Positions 31,202-44,558 of a stretch of DNA of 64,000 nt are shown here, piece by piece. Each line of letters begins with the position of its first letter. Position 1 is the stretch's first letter. The stretch is from a bacterium (GTDB taxonomy: Bacteria; SZUA-182; DTGQ01; JAFGSM01): positions 1 to 64,000 of the forward strand of contig JBLIRN010000009.1 in NCBI GenBank assembly GCA_049472315.1, in the 5' to 3' direction. The notes beneath the pieces were generated by a model. That model did no database searches, was not told where the DNA came from, and saw nothing but the letters and a program-made list of their open reading frames with translations. Both the position numbers and the translations under genes were made by a program.

Positions 31202-31615
31202 TCATGCACTGGGTACCGCGGCCAGTTTCTTCTCCTTTATCTTCTCTTTTTCCCTTTCTTTTTCTTCCTCTTTCTTCATAGAGCAATTCCCCTCAAAAAT
31301 GACTCCCTCATCGATGACGAGAATGGGGGTCTTTATATTGCCGTAAACCTCGCCTGAGGAATTGATCTCCACCCGCTCCTTTGCGGTTATGTTTCCGATC
31401 ACCTTACCGCTTATATATATCGTTCCCACGGTGATCTCCGCTGATATCACGGCGCTTTCCCCAATTATAAGGGTATCGCTGGTAACGATCTCCCCCTCGA
31501 ATTCGCTGTCGATTCGAAAGGTTCCGTTAAAGCCGAGAATTCCCTTAAAGTTCGTCCCTTCACCCATAAATCCCGAAAATTCAACCTTCTCGTCCTTTCT
31601 GTCCTTTTTCGACAC
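31202..31615 (-). CDS. Bactofilin (polymer-forming cytoskeletal protein)
   Basis: GTNFKGIL...RID...GEI...LIIG...G.VYGNI....LVIDEGVIFEGNCSM; directly downstream of parB. Confidence 0.9.
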   Translation of the reverse strand: MSKKDRKDEKVEFSGFMGEGTNFKGILGFNGTFRIDSEFEGEIVTSDTLIIGESAVISAEITVGTIYISGKVIGNITAKERVEINSSGEVYGNIKTPILVIDEGVIFEGNCSMKKEEEKEREKEKIKEKKLAAVPSA

Positions 31616-31721
31616 TGAACACCCCCCTAACTTAAGATAATATATTCCTTGTAATACGTAACATTCTCTGTCGTCTCTGTGCGATCATTCCGGATTGGTT
31701 CTTTCGAGTAAAAACCATCCC

Positions 31722-32591
31722 TTATTTACTATCGGCATTCCGGATGGAATTTAATTGATCAAGGAGCCTTTCAAATTCCTCATGGGAGGAGAATCTAATC
31801 TCTATTCTGCCCTTTCCCTTTCTATGGAATATTCGAATCTTTGTTCCAAGGACGCGCGAAAGGTGCTCTTCCAATGCGGGGATTCCCGAATCGGTCTGTT
31901 TGAGCACCGCCTCGTCCGCCTTTTTTTCCCGCTCCCGGTTCAATCGTCGTATCAACGACTCGGTTTCCCTCACCGAGAGGCCCTTCTGTATGATCTTCTC
32001 CCCTATGAGAACCTTCTCCTCGTCATTCTCGATACCGAGGATAGAGCGTGCATGTCCCATGGAAAGGAGCCCGTCCGCAATAAATCCCTTGATGTTGTTC
32101 GGCAGTTTCAGAAGCCTCATTGCATTCGCGATCGTGGAGCGGTCCTTGCCGACCTTTTCGCCGAGGTCCTGTTGGGTGTATTGAAATTGCTCTATCAGGA
32201 GCTTGTATGCCTGGCCTTCCTCTATAGGATTGAGATTTTCCCGCTGAATATTCTCGATAAGGGCAATCTCCAGCTTCTTGTCGTCGGAGACATCGCGAAT
32301 AATGGCGGGAACCTTTTGAAGGCCCGCCAGCTTGGCCGCGCGCCATCGCCGCTCCCCTGCCACGATTTCATATCCGTGGACATGGCGCTTTAAGAAGATG
32401 GGCTGGATCACCCCGCAGGATTTTATGGAGGCTGCGAGTTCTTCCAGCTTGGTATCATCGAATTTTTGGCGCGGCTGCTGGCGATTGGGGAAGATATCAC
32501 TCACCGGCACTTCGTGGATCTCTTCGTTTGTCTTCTCCTGATAGGTTGGAAAAAGGGCCTCAAGCCCCTTTCCGAGTGCCTTTCGGGCCAT
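31722..32591 (-). CDS. parB: Chromosome partitioning protein ParB/Spo0J
   Basis: ALGKGLEAL, QPR, IVAGERRWRAA, ALIENIQRENLNPIEE, HTH GKDRSTIANAMRLL. Confidence 0.96.
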   Translation of the reverse strand: MARKALGKGLEALFPTYQEKTNEEIHEVPVSDIFPNRQQPRQKFDDTKLEELAASIKSCGVIQPIFLKRHVHGYEIVAGERRWRAAKLAGLQKVPAIIRDVSDDKKLEIALIENIQRENLNPIEEGQAYKLLIEQFQYTQQDLGEKVGKDRSTIANAMRLLKLPNNIKGFIADGLLSMGHARSILGIENDEEKVLIGEKIIQKGLSVRETESLIRRLNREREKKADEAVLKQTDSGIPALEEHLSRVLGTKIRIFHRKGKGRIEIRFSSHEEFERLLDQLNSIRNADSK

Positions 32592-33348
32592 CGAATATCA
32601 CCTCATGAGCGAGTTTAAGGTATGCCTCAGCGCCCTTGGAACGAATGTCATAGAGTATAATAGGCTTTCCGTAGCTCGGTGCCTCACTCAGGCTCACATT
32701 CCTGGGAATGACGGTCTTGAAAACAAGGTGCTGAAAATGATTATTGATCTCATCCGCTACCTGATTGGCCAGGTTCGTTCGGCCATCGAACATGGTCAGG
32801 AGTACCCCTTCAACTACGAGATCCCTGTTGAGTTCCTTTTTGATATATTCAACGGTCCTGAGTAGCTGAGAAATACCCTCCAATGCATAATATTCACATT
32901 GTATCGGTATCAGGAGCGTATCTGAGGCGGTTAATGAGTTTACCGTGAGAAGGCCAAGCGAGGGGGGGCAATCCACAATGATATAGTCATAGTTATGACG
33001 AATACGTTCGAGGGCGTTCTTTAAACGGTATTCCCGCGCGGGGAAATTGATCAACTCGATTTCAGCACCGATAAGGCGGATATTCGACGGGAGCAGATCA
33101 AGCCAATCGATCTGTGTGCTGTTGATGACATTTTCAACCGATTCAATATCGAGGAGCACCTCGTAGATATGTTTGTCACCGTTTGCGGCCTTGAAGCCCA
33201 GGCCGCTGCATGCATTGGCTTGGGGATCTATATCGATGAGGAGGGTCTTCTTCTCGGCTGCGGCAAGGCAGGAGGCAAGGTTTACCGCGGTTGTGGTCTT
33301 GCCCACCCCGCCCTTCTGATTCGAAATGGTAATTATTCGACCGTGCAT
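32560..33348 (-). CDS. parA: Chromosome partitioning ATPase ParA/Soj
   Basis: NQKGGVGKTT, DIDPQAN, DCPPSLG, QCEYYALEG, EAPSYG. Confidence 0.96.
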   Translation of the reverse strand: MHGRIITISNQKGGVGKTTTAVNLASCLAAAEKKTLLIDIDPQANACSGLGFKAANGDKHIYEVLLDIESVENVINSTQIDWLDLLPSNIRLIGAEIELINFPAREYRLKNALERIRHNYDYIIVDCPPSLGLLTVNSLTASDTLLIPIQCEYYALEGISQLLRTVEYIKKELNRDLVVEGVLLTMFDGRTNLANQVADEINNHFQHLVFKTVIPRNVSLSEAPSYGKPIILYDIRSKGAEAYLKLAHEVIFDGPKGTRKGA

Positions 33349-33371
33349 GCCTGTAGATGCCCTTGAATACG

Positions 33372-33387
33372 GGTTTCACGTGGAACG
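33372..33387. promoter_or_regulatory. parS centromere site
   Basis: gGTTTCACGTGGAACg; the 14-bp core matches consensus tGTTTCACGTG(G/A)AACa. Confidence 0.8.
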
Positions 33388-33400
33388 GCTGATCCCCATC

Positions 33401-33429
33401 ATTCTATTAGCTTCCTACTCCATTTTCAA
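33401..33429 (-). promoter_or_regulatory. sigma70 promoter of parAB
   Basis: TTGAAA-N17-TAGAAT on minus strand. Confidence 0.6.
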
Positions 33430-33490
33430 GCGCGGTAACGAATCCCCTTACCGATTACTTCCTTTTATGACGAACCATCCGCTGAAGGCA

Positions 33491-34870
33491 TTATTTTCCT
33501 ATGCAAAATCGGCTGAAAATTGACTCGATCAACTCGTCGTTTGAACCCCTTCCCTCAATATTATCAGATTCTCGAATTGCATAGCGCAATTCCTCCGCAA
33601 TGATCTCCTCCCCCATCCCCTCTGTGCAAAGATCCTTAATCCGGATAAGGATTTCGCAGATGCGCTTGAGGTGCTCATTGATCCGTTTGTTGATCATTAC
33701 ACCATCATATATGGATCCCTGTATCTTTTCCTTTCTTTGTTTTATTTCATTGACCAGCAGATCCAAGCTCTTTGCCTCCTTTGCGGAGACTTCAATAAGC
33801 GTCCCATTGGAAATAAGCGCCTCCAGGGCCTTCAGATTGATCACCCGAGGAAGGTCATTCTTATTCCCCACCCATAGAATATCCCCTCTCCTGGCCTCCA
33901 GCATTCGCACCACCCGTTCATCGTCCGCGCTCAGCCTCCGCGACATATCGAAAACCACAACGACAAGATCCGACCGTTCGATTTCCTCTTTCGTCTTTTG
34001 GGCGCATAATTCATCCAAGGCGCCTTTTTCCCGCCGTATCCCTGCGGTATCCACCACATGAAAAATCATCCCGTCCATGACGATTTCCACCTGAACAGAA
34101 TCCCTCGTGGTGCCCGGAATGCTCGAGGTGATGATCCGTTCCTCGCCGTATACGGCATTCAAAAGGGTCGATTTTCCCACGTTCGTCTTGCCGCAGATCA
34201 CGATCCGTATGCCCTGCTCCCTTTGCCGCATTGTTTCGTATCCTTCGACGAGCACCCCGATTCTCTTTATTATCGAATCGATCCCCTCAAGGATTGAACC
34301 GGTGTTACTGCACATCTGATCCTCAAAATCGATACCTGCCTCCACTTGCGACTGAATCCATACCAGTCCTTGCCTGACTCCCGTTGTCGCCTCCCGGATA
34401 GAACCCATCAACCGCCTCAGTGCGCACGAAAGTCCTTCCTCGGTTCGGGCCTTTATAATATCCAGCACCGCCTCCGCCTGTGCCAGATCTATTCTTCCGT
34501 TAAGAAAGGCCCTCTTGGTGAACTCTCCGGGCAAGGCCGGACGCGCGCCCAAATGAATTGCAAGCTCCATCGTGCGGTTCACCGCAATTATGCCTCCATG
34601 GCAATTGATCTCGACCATATCCTCCCTGGTGTAGGTCCTCGGCGCCCTCAGAATGCTTATAAGCACCTCGTCTATAACCTGGCCGCTGCCCGGATCCATA
34701 ATCCATCCATGATTAATGCTATGGTCGGAAAAATCGAACACCCCCCGCGTATCCCTTCGGGAAAACATGCGATTGGCGATCGAAAGGCAGTCCTTTCCCG
34801 TCATCCTGACTATGCCGATACCCGATTCGCCGAGAGGCGTTGAGATGGCAACGATGGTATCGTCTAACAT
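33491..34870 (-). CDS. mnmE: tRNA modification GTPase MnmE (TrmE)
   Basis: DTIVAISTP, GEFTKRAFLNGRIDL, GKTNVGKS, PGTTRD, DTAG, NKND, FCIGK. Confidence 0.95.
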   Translation of the reverse strand: MLDDTIVAISTPLGESGIGIVRMTGKDCLSIANRMFSRRDTRGVFDFSDHSINHGWIMDPGSGQVIDEVLISILRAPRTYTREDMVEINCHGGIIAVNRTMELAIHLGARPALPGEFTKRAFLNGRIDLAQAEAVLDIIKARTEEGLSCALRRLMGSIREATTGVRQGLVWIQSQVEAGIDFEDQMCSNTGSILEGIDSIIKRIGVLVEGYETMRQREQGIRIVICGKTNVGKSTLLNAVYGEERIITSSIPGTTRDSVQVEIVMDGMIFHVVDTAGIRREKGALDELCAQKTKEEIERSDLVVVVFDMSRRLSADDERVVRMLEARRGDILWVGNKNDLPRVINLKALEALISNGTLIEVSAKEAKSLDLLVNEIKQRKEKIQGSIYDGVMINKRINEHLKRICEILIRIKDLCTEGMGEEIIAEELRYAIRESDNIEGRGSNDELIESIFSRFCIGK

Positions 34871-36603
34871 GCCTCGGTTGCCTGTAGCGTCCTTTTATGA
34901 ATCAGATATTGATGGCCAATGGTAAGGACGTTGTTCAATAACCAATAAATGACCAATCCGGAGGGAAAGCCAAGGAAGAAAACCGTGAATATGATGGGCA
35001 TGAGATTCATCATCTTCGCCTGCTTGGGGTCCATTCCCGTGGGCATCATTTTTTGCTGCAGGTACATGGTTATACCCATTAACAGCGGCGTAATCAAAAG
35101 GGCATCCATCGCCGAAAGGTCCTGTATCCACAAGAAGAAGGGCGCACCACGCATCTCTATTGCTACGAGAAGTCCTTCGTACAAGGCGAAAAATACCGGT
35201 ATTTGTAAAATCATTGGAAGGCATCCGCCAAGGGGATTCACACCATGCTTTTTGTACAGGTCCATTATCTCCTTGTTCATTCTGGTCGGGTCACCCTTGT
35301 ATTTCTCCCTGAGCGCGGCCATTTTCGGCTGGATCTTCTGCATTGCCTGCATGGAGCCAAAGCTCTTTTCGGTTAACGGCCAAAAAAGTATCTTAATGAG
35401 AATGGTCAGGAGAACTATGGCGACTCCGTAATTCGGAATGTATTGATACACCCACTTTAAAAACCAAATGAGCGGCTTTGCAAGAAAGGAAAACCATCCG
35501 TAATCGATGATCTCCACAAAATGCCCGGCGACGCCCATCAAATCCTCCTTCCGCTTGGGGCCGACATACACCTCATAGGAATCCCTGAACTCGCCGCCTG
35601 CCGATAAGACCCTCAAGGGATACTTTGCCCCGACGACGATTGCTTCATCCTCTTCTTCCCTATCGCTTCGCTTGAAAATGACCGCCTCCGCAGTCGTACC
35701 TTTGGGGATGATCGCAGCGGCAAAGTATGTCTTTTCATATCCTATCCATTCCAGATTTCCCTCTTTTATAACCGGTTCCTTTATCTTCTTGGGCTTTATC
35801 CGCACCTTTTTTCCTTTTATCCAAAAAACAGGCCCCTCAAAACGGTGATGTCCTTCCTTCTCCATATTCCTGCCAACGCCTGGTCCCCAGCACAGGGCAT
35901 AATCCACCGTTTGATCCCTGCCCGAAATATTCTTCATGGTTACATCGATGCCGACCTTATATTCATTTTCAAAAAACCTGATCTCCTTCATTATGATGAT
36001 CCCGCGCTCATCCAGATATGACAACACGACCGAGGGTAGCATCCCTCTGTTTGCATCCATATATTCCTCGGTCCTTATCTCGTACAATCCCTCCCCAAAA
36101 ACCTCCTTGCCGCCGATCTCTGAAATCAGCGTAATGTCAAGGGGGCGCGCGCTCATCCCCTTGTTATTCTCCGGGATAAGCTCAACGAGTCCCAGTTGTT
36201 CATCTTCCCCGTTATCATGCCTAAGGCCCAGCACCCGTTTATATGACTGGAGCACCTGGACCCAGAAGGCCTTTTTCAACGGCCATGTTTCATACCGTTT
36301 TTCCTCCGTGTACTCCTTTAATTTCCAACTCTTCAAACACCCGCCGTTATTTGTAACCTCGGCGATATATTTCCCCGTTTCTATTCGCACGTCCTCCTGC
36401 CTTCTTACCTTCTGGATCTCCAGCAACCCATTCAATTCCCCGTCTTGAAAGTCATCCTTCCCGAGTTCGCTTTCCTCAACGACGATTTCCTCGTTCTCCT
36501 CCAACGGCGCCTTCTGAACGACCGGCCTGGGCATGAAAAAATACTGATAGGTTATAATGATGAGTATCGACAAAAATATTGCCAGGAGCACCCGATCATC
36601 CAT
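34864..36603 (-). CDS. yidC: Membrane protein insertase YidC
   Basis: IDYGWF, NYGVAIVLLT, NPLGGCLP.ILQIPVF, WIQDLS, PSGLVIYW. Confidence 0.95.
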   Translation of the reverse strand: MDDRVLLAIFLSILIIITYQYFFMPRPVVQKAPLEENEEIVVEESELGKDDFQDGELNGLLEIQKVRRQEDVRIETGKYIAEVTNNGGCLKSWKLKEYTEEKRYETWPLKKAFWVQVLQSYKRVLGLRHDNGEDEQLGLVELIPENNKGMSARPLDITLISEIGGKEVFGEGLYEIRTEEYMDANRGMLPSVVLSYLDERGIIIMKEIRFFENEYKVGIDVTMKNISGRDQTVDYALCWGPGVGRNMEKEGHHRFEGPVFWIKGKKVRIKPKKIKEPVIKEGNLEWIGYEKTYFAAAIIPKGTTAEAVIFKRSDREEEDEAIVVGAKYPLRVLSAGGEFRDSYEVYVGPKRKEDLMGVAGHFVEIIDYGWFSFLAKPLIWFLKWVYQYIPNYGVAIVLLTILIKILFWPLTEKSFGSMQAMQKIQPKMAALREKYKGDPTRMNKEIMDLYKKHGVNPLGGCLPMILQIPVFFALYEGLLVAIEMRGAPFFLWIQDLSAMDALLITPLLMGITMYLQQKMMPTGMDPKQAKMMNLMPIIFTVFFLGFPSGLVIYWLLNNVLTIGHQYLIHKRTLQATEAC

Positions 36604-36665
36604 ATCTTATTCCTCGTCCTTTCTTAGTCCGTGCACTGTTTTCAACAAAGAAATCTATGGCAATC

Positions 36666-36977
36666 CTATGGTACGGGGTCATAACCGCCCTTATGCCAGG
36701 GGTGGCATTTAAGAATACGAAAGACGGTTAAACGCATTCCTGTATAGGGACCGTGTCTTTTTATTGCCAAAAGGGAATACTGTGAGCAGGTGGGATAAAA
36801 TCTACACGAATGACCAAAAATAGGGGAGAGTGTATATTGGTATACTTTTATGAAAAATATAAGAATATTTCCTACGACATCGGAGCCCTTCCTATTTCCT
36901 GTTCTGCGAAATCCCTTTTTTTCTAAAATATTTCCCTCTCTCCAAATCACTGACCGCACCTGTAAGGATTCCTTCAA
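36666..36977 (-). CDS. yidD: Membrane protein insertion efficiency factor YidD (start codon uncertain; conserved part begins near 36875)
   Basis: YQYTLSP...CRFYPTCSQY...RILKCHPWHKGGYDPVP. Confidence 0.88.
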   Translation of the reverse strand: MKESLQVRSVIWREGNILEKKGFRRTGNRKGSDVVGNILIFFIKVYQYTLSPIFGHSCRFYPTCSQYSLLAIKRHGPYTGMRLTVFRILKCHPWHKGGYDPVP

Positions 36978-37290
36978 TCTCCCGGTAGGTTACCGTGCTC
37001 CATTCCCCCTTCGGAATGAAGATCCAATCGATACCTCCCTTGAACACGTCCTTATTTCTTCGATAGACCTCTCGAATCACCCTCTTCATCCTATTTCTTT
37101 TAACCGCACACCCTATCTTCCTTCCAACGACTACCGCGAACCGCGATACCTCCCCGTTGTTTTGCGCACAATAGATCCTTAATCCATTCCTTTCTATCCT
37201 TCTAGCCCTCTTGAATATCTCCTGAAACTCCCCCTTGCTCCGTATGCGCTCCTTGGATGAAATCCCCTCACCGGCTGAAGAAGATGACAT
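36892..37290 (-). CDS. rnpA: Ribonuclease P protein component
   Basis: ERIRSKGEF, AVKRNRMKRVIRE (RNR motif). Confidence 0.92.
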   Translation of the reverse strand: MSSSSAGEGISSKERIRSKGEFQEIFKRARRIERNGLRIYCAQNNGEVSRFAVVVGRKIGCAVKRNRMKRVIREVYRRNKDVFKGGIDWIFIPKGEWSTVTYREIEGILTGAVSDLERGKYFRKKGISQNRK

Positions 37291-37294
37291 AATT

Positions 37295-37438
37295 TTATGA
37301 AAGGCTGGCCACCAGCCTCTTTCTTCCCTTTCTCCTTCGTCTGTTCAGTATCGCCCTTCCGTGCCGCGTACTCATTCTCTTTAAAAATCCATGCCTTCGC
37401 AATCTTCTTAATTTTTTTGGCTGATATGTCCTTTTCAT
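37295..37438 (-). CDS. rpmH: 50S ribosomal protein L34 (not in the ORF track)
   Basis: Hand translation [55 protein letters not shown]. Confidence 0.96.
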   Translation of the reverse strand: MKRTYQPKKLRRLRRHGFLKRMSTRHGRAILNRRRRKGRKRLVASLS

Positions 37439-37467
37439 TGACACCTCCTATAAAAAATTGAATAGAC

Positions 37468-37496
37468 ATTATATTTTTTAATTACTTTCCTGTCAA
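37468..37496 (-). promoter_or_regulatory. Consensus sigma70 promoter of the rpmH operon
   Basis: Perfect TTGACA-N17-TATAAT. Confidence 0.85.
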
Positions 37497-37672
37497 TATG
37501 CCCCCGCCTTCCCGCGAAGCGCTTGCCGAAATTATGACCCCCTACCGTAATCTTTTTCCCCCGGGCCGTGCTCAACGAACCCCATAAACGCCCTATTGAT
37601 AGTACAGCCGCAGTCCTTATAAAAAATCCCGTTTTTATAACAGAAATTACCTATCAAGCGAATATTCAATCA

Positions 37673-37701
37673 TTGAAATCCCCCTTAAAATCTGATATAG
37701 T
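37673..37701 (+). promoter_or_regulatory. Candidate dnaA promoter
   Basis: TTGAAA-N17-TATAGT with extended TG. Confidence 0.55.
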
Positions 37702-38005
37702 AAAACCGTTTGTTAATACTATGTTTTTAAAATAAATCCCCCCTTCCTTGCAGAAAAATCAGAATGTTTGATTCTTTAACCAACGGTGAGGAGAGGCTTT
37801 TTATAATTGCACATTCGCTTCATGGACGATGAACGATGACTACGCATTCTTTAAATGATACTGTACCCTCTTCTCTACCGTGGTGTTATTCCAAGTCTCT
37901 ATGAACATTTGTTCAACCGATTACATGTATATTCTTTTTTATGTAAATGGTTATATTATGTCTAATACATTGAATTTTAGATGATAACTTTTTTGTTTGT
38001 TTTTG

Positions 38006-38025
38006 TTATCCACAATTGTGGATAA
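38006..38025. promoter_or_regulatory. Inverted pair of perfect DnaA boxes upstream of dnaA
   Basis: TTATCCACA-AT-TGTGGATAA, a 20-bp perfect palindrome in AT-rich DNA. Confidence 0.9.
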
Positions 38026-38084
38026 ATATGTTTATATCTTTTTGATTTCCTTTTAATTTTTTAAAAATCAATACAATATCGAGT

Positions 38085-39434
38085 ATGGAAAATATTTGGA
38101 CCAAAACCCTCGATCTTCTTGAGAATCAAATCAACAAACACAGCTTTAATACCTGGCTGAGTCCGACCAGATTTAAGCTCTATGACGGGAAAACACTGAC
38201 CATTGAGGTACCCAATAAATTCTTTAAGTCCTGGCTTCTCGAAAACTACCATAAATTGATATTGGAGAACCTTCGATCAATCACCAATGGTCACACCGAG
38301 ATCGAATACCTCATTTCGAATGATTCCACATTCGAGGTCGAACAAGAGACTCCATCAGCAAAAAAGGAATCTCCATCAAAACCACCCGTCCAACTGACCT
38401 TTAAGGATCATGCAGCGGCAAATCTCAACCCCAAGTATACCTTTAATAAATTCGTCGTCGGCTCCTGCAATCAATTTGCACATGCCGCATCAAAGGCCGT
38501 TGCCGAACATCCGTCCCTTACCTATAATCCCCTTTTCATTTACGGTGGCGTAGGATTGGGTAAGACCCACCTTTTACACGGCATAGGTCATTATATACTG
38601 GATAATTTCAAGAATTTGAACGTCCTGTACATCCAGTCGGAAAAATTTACCAATGAGCTTATTAATTCAATACGCTACGACAGAATGGATCTTTTCCGGT
38701 CAAAATACCGAAATATCGATATTCTTTTGATCGACGACATCCAGTTTATTGCCGGCAAGGAACGGACCGAGGAGGAATTCTTTCATACCTTTAATTCCCT
38801 CTTTGAAACCCATAAACAGATTGTGATTTCAAGCGACTCGTCGCCTAAGGAGATACCCACCATAGAAGAGAGACTTCGCTCACGTTTCGAATGGGGACTG
38901 ATTGCCGACATCCAACCACCTGAACTCGAGACCAAGGTGGCCATCCTATTTAAAAAGGCGGAGATAAACAATATAGATCTCCCCAACGACGTGGCATTTT
39001 TTATTGCCAACAATATTAAGTCGAATATCAGGGAACTTGAAGGCTGCCTGATAAAATTGATCGCCTTTTCCTCTCTTACCGGATCCCCGATTAGTCTTGA
39101 TATGTCGAAGGAGGTCCTCAAGGATATTCTCAATCCCACGGAAAACATCATCTATGTTGAAAATATCCAGAAAGTTATCTGTAAATATTACAATATAAAG
39201 CTTTCCGAACTTAAATCGAAAATCCGCAGCCGCCATATATCATTGCCCAGGCAGATAGCGATGTTTCTCGCCCGCAAGCTTACCGATAAATCACTTATCC
39301 AAATAGGACAGTACTTCGGCGGAAAGGACCATACTACGGTAATGCATGCCTGCGAGAAAATAGAGGCCCTCCTGGAAACCGATTTCGAACTCCGGCAGAA
39401 TATCAATAAACAGATTGAAATGATTAAACGGTAG
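38085..39434 (+). CDS. dnaA: Chromosomal replication initiator DnaA
   Basis: YNPLFIYGGVGLGKTHL, LLIDDIQF, RLRSRFEWGL, NIRELEG, GGKDHTTVMHA. Confidence 0.98.
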   Translation: MENIWTKTLDLLENQINKHSFNTWLSPTRFKLYDGKTLTIEVPNKFFKSWLLENYHKLILENLRSITNGHTEIEYLISNDSTFEVEQETPSAKKESPSKPPVQLTFKDHAAANLNPKYTFNKFVVGSCNQFAHAASKAVAEHPSLTYNPLFIYGGVGLGKTHLLHGIGHYILDNFKNLNVLYIQSEKFTNELINSIRYDRMDLFRSKYRNIDILLIDDIQFIAGKERTEEEFFHTFNSLFETHKQIVISSDSSPKEIPTIEERLRSRFEWGLIADIQPPELETKVAILFKKAEINNIDLPNDVAFFIANNIKSNIRELEGCLIKLIAFSSLTGSPISLDMSKEVLKDILNPTENIIYVENIQKVICKYYNIKLSELKSKIRSRHISLPRQIAMFLARKLTDKSLIQIGQYFGGKDHTTVMHACEKIEALLETDFELRQNINKQIEMIKR

Positions 39435-42067
<2,633 letters not shown>

Positions 42068-42101
42068 CATTCCATGAAAAAAGAGGGAAAGCGAAACACC
42101 T

Positions 42102-44558
42102 ATGGTCACTGAATCGAGAAGTATTCCCGTCGATATTGAAGACGAGTTGAGGACCTCCTATCTGGATTACGCCATGAGCGTAATCATCGGCAGGGCGCTT
42201 CCTGACGTACGGGATGGACTAAAACCGGTCCACCGCCGCATCCTCTATGGCATGCATGAGCTCGGATTGACCTGGAACAGGCCGTACAAGAAATCCGCTC
42301 GTGTCGTTGGGGAGGTCCTTGGAAAATATCATCCCCACGGAGATGCCGCCCTTTATGACAGCATAACCCGTATGGTCCAGGAATTCTCCATGAAGATCCC
42401 GCTCATCGACGGGCAGGGGAATTTCGGGTCCATAGACGGTGATTCGCCCGCGGCTATGAGGTACACGGAGATCAGGCTGGCACGGATAAGCGAGCACATG
42501 CTGTCTGATCTTGAAAAGGATACGGTGGATTTTGCGCCAAATTTCGACGGAAGCCTTACCGAGCCCATTGTTCTTCCGACCAGGATACCCAATCTCCTGG
42601 TAAACGGATCATCCGGCATTGCCGTAGGCATGTCCACAAACATCCCGCCGCACAATATAGGAGAGGTCATCGACGGACTCGTTCATTTGATCGATACGCC
42701 GGAAGCGGATATCGATTCCGTTATGCAGTACATTAAGGGTCCCGACTTTCCGACCGGTGCCTTCATCTATGGAAAGGAGGGTATTGTCGATGCCTACCGC
42801 ACCGGCAGGGGAATTATCCAGGTACGGGCACGCTGCGAGGTGGAGATCGACGAAAAGAAAGACAGGGAACGCATTATCATAAAGGAACTTCCCTACCAGG
42901 TAAACAAGGCCCGTCTTGTAGAAAAGATCGCCGAACTGGTCAACGAGGGAAAACTTGAGGGTATACAGGACATCAGGGACGAGTCCGACCGCGACGGAAT
43001 GCGCATCGTTCTTGATTTGAAGAAGAACCAGGTGGCCAAGGTGATCATGAACCAGCTCTATAAGCATACGCAGATGCAGATGAGCTTCGGCATCATCATG
43101 CTCGCCCTGGTGAAAAACAAGCCCAAGATATTGAACATCAAAACGATTCTTCGCTTGTTCCTCGATCACAGAAGGGATATCGTCACACGCCGCACGCGAT
43201 TTGAGCTTAAGGAGGCAAAGGAAAAGGCCCATATCCTGGAAGGGCTCAAAATCGCCATCGATAACATCGATGCGGTGGTCCATTTGATCAGGTCGTCCGC
43301 CACGCCCGATCAGGCCCGTCAACGATTGATGGAGGAGTTCCAGCTTACCGAGATACAGGCGAACGCCATACTCAATATGAGGCTCCAGAGGCTCACCGGG
43401 CTGGAGAGGGACAAGATTATCAAGGAACTTGAGGATCTGTACGCATTGATCAAGAAACTTGAGTCAATCCTGGGAAGCGACGAACTTCTCATGGGGCTGA
43501 TCAGGGATGAACTGCTGGAGATTAAGAAGATCTACAACCAGCCCCGACAGAGCAAGATCATCCCCCACGAGGAGGAGATCGCATACGAGGATACGATACA
43601 GGAAAAGGATGTGGTGGTGGTGATAACGCACCGCGGATATGCTAAGACCACCTCCCTGGATTATTTTAGGGTGCAAAAAAGAAGGGGATATGGCGTCAGG
43701 GGCGTCACTACCGTTGAGGAGGATTTTCCCGAACACCTGTTCGTCACCACCACGCATCACTATATCTTCTTTTTCACCGACTCGGGTCAATTCTACTGGT
43801 GCAAGGTCTATGAAATACCCGAGGCCACCCGGCAATCCAAGGGAAAACCACTGGTAAACCTCATTCCCATTACCAAGGATGAGAGGATAACGGCCATCTT
43901 TGCATTCAAGGAATTCGACGAAGGGCACTTTCTCATTATGGCCACGAAAAAGGGCAAGGTGAAAAAGAGCTGTGTGAGCGAATATCAAACCACCCGCGGC
44001 CTGAGCATGCAGGGCACCATCGGGATCGCCCTCGAGCCCGACGACCGGCTCATTACTGTAAAGATGACCGACGGTCACGGTCATATCTTCCTGGGCAGCA
44101 AACGGGGCATGGCCATCCACTTCAGTGAGGAAAATATCAGGCCTTTGGGCAGGAGATCCCAGGGGGTTCGGGGGATACATCTCGATCCGGATGACGAGGT
44201 GGTGGACATGCAGATCGTGTCCGAGGGAGAATCCCTCCTCACGGTTACCGAGCAGGGATACGGCAAGCTGAGCGCCCTTTCACTCTACAGGGAGCAGCAC
44301 CGCGGCGGAAAGGGGCTGAAGAACATTCAGATAAAGAAGGGCAAGGGATCCGTGGTAGGGGTCAAGGCCGTGCGGACATCGGACACCATTATGCTCATCA
44401 CCGCGCTGGGGACGGTAATCTGGGTGCCGGTAGAGGGCATACGGTGTCTGGGAAGGAACACCCAGGGGGTAAAACTCGTCACCCTTGACACCGATGACAA
44501 GGTGGTCGGAGTGGCACGCCTCGAAGACAGGGCCGAAGTGGGGGATGATGAGAAATAG
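42102..44558 (+). CDS. gyrA: DNA gyrase subunit A
   Basis: [29 protein letters not shown], GyrA-box-like QKRRGYG, beta-pinwheel repeats. Confidence 0.97.
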   Translation: MVTESRSIPVDIEDELRTSYLDYAMSVIIGRALPDVRDGLKPVHRRILYGMHELGLTWNRPYKKSARVVGEVLGKYHPHGDAALYDSITRMVQEFSMKIPLIDGQGNFGSIDGDSPAAMRYTEIRLARISEHMLSDLEKDTVDFAPNFDGSLTEPIVLPTRIPNLLVNGSSGIAVGMSTNIPPHNIGEVIDGLVHLIDTPEADIDSVMQYIKGPDFPTGAFIYGKEGIVDAYRTGRGIIQVRARCEVEIDEKKDRERIIIKELPYQVNKARLVEKIAELVNEGKLEGIQDIRDESDRDGMRIVLDLKKNQVAKVIMNQLYKHTQMQMSFGIIMLALVKNKPKILNIKTILRLFLDHRRDIVTRRTRFELKEAKEKAHILEGLKIAIDNIDAVVHLIRSSATPDQARQRLMEEFQLTEIQANAILNMRLQRLTGLERDKIIKELEDLYALIKKLESILGSDELLMGLIRDELLEIKKIYNQPRQSKIIPHEEEIAYEDTIQEKDVVVVITHRGYAKTTSLDYFRVQKRRGYGVRGVTTVEEDFPEHLFVTTTHHYIFFFTDSGQFYWCKVYEIPEATRQSKGKPLVNLIPITKDERITAIFAFKEFDEGHFLIMATKKGKVKKSCVSEYQTTRGLSMQGTIGIALEPDDRLITVKMTDGHGHIFLGSKRGMAIHFSEENIRPLGRRSQGVRGIHLDPDDEVVDMQIVSEGESLLTVTEQGYGKLSALSLYREQHRGGKGLKNIQIKKGKGSVVGVKAVRTSDTIMLITALGTVIWVPVEGIRCLGRNTQGVKLVTLDTDDKVVGVARLEDRAEVGDDEK

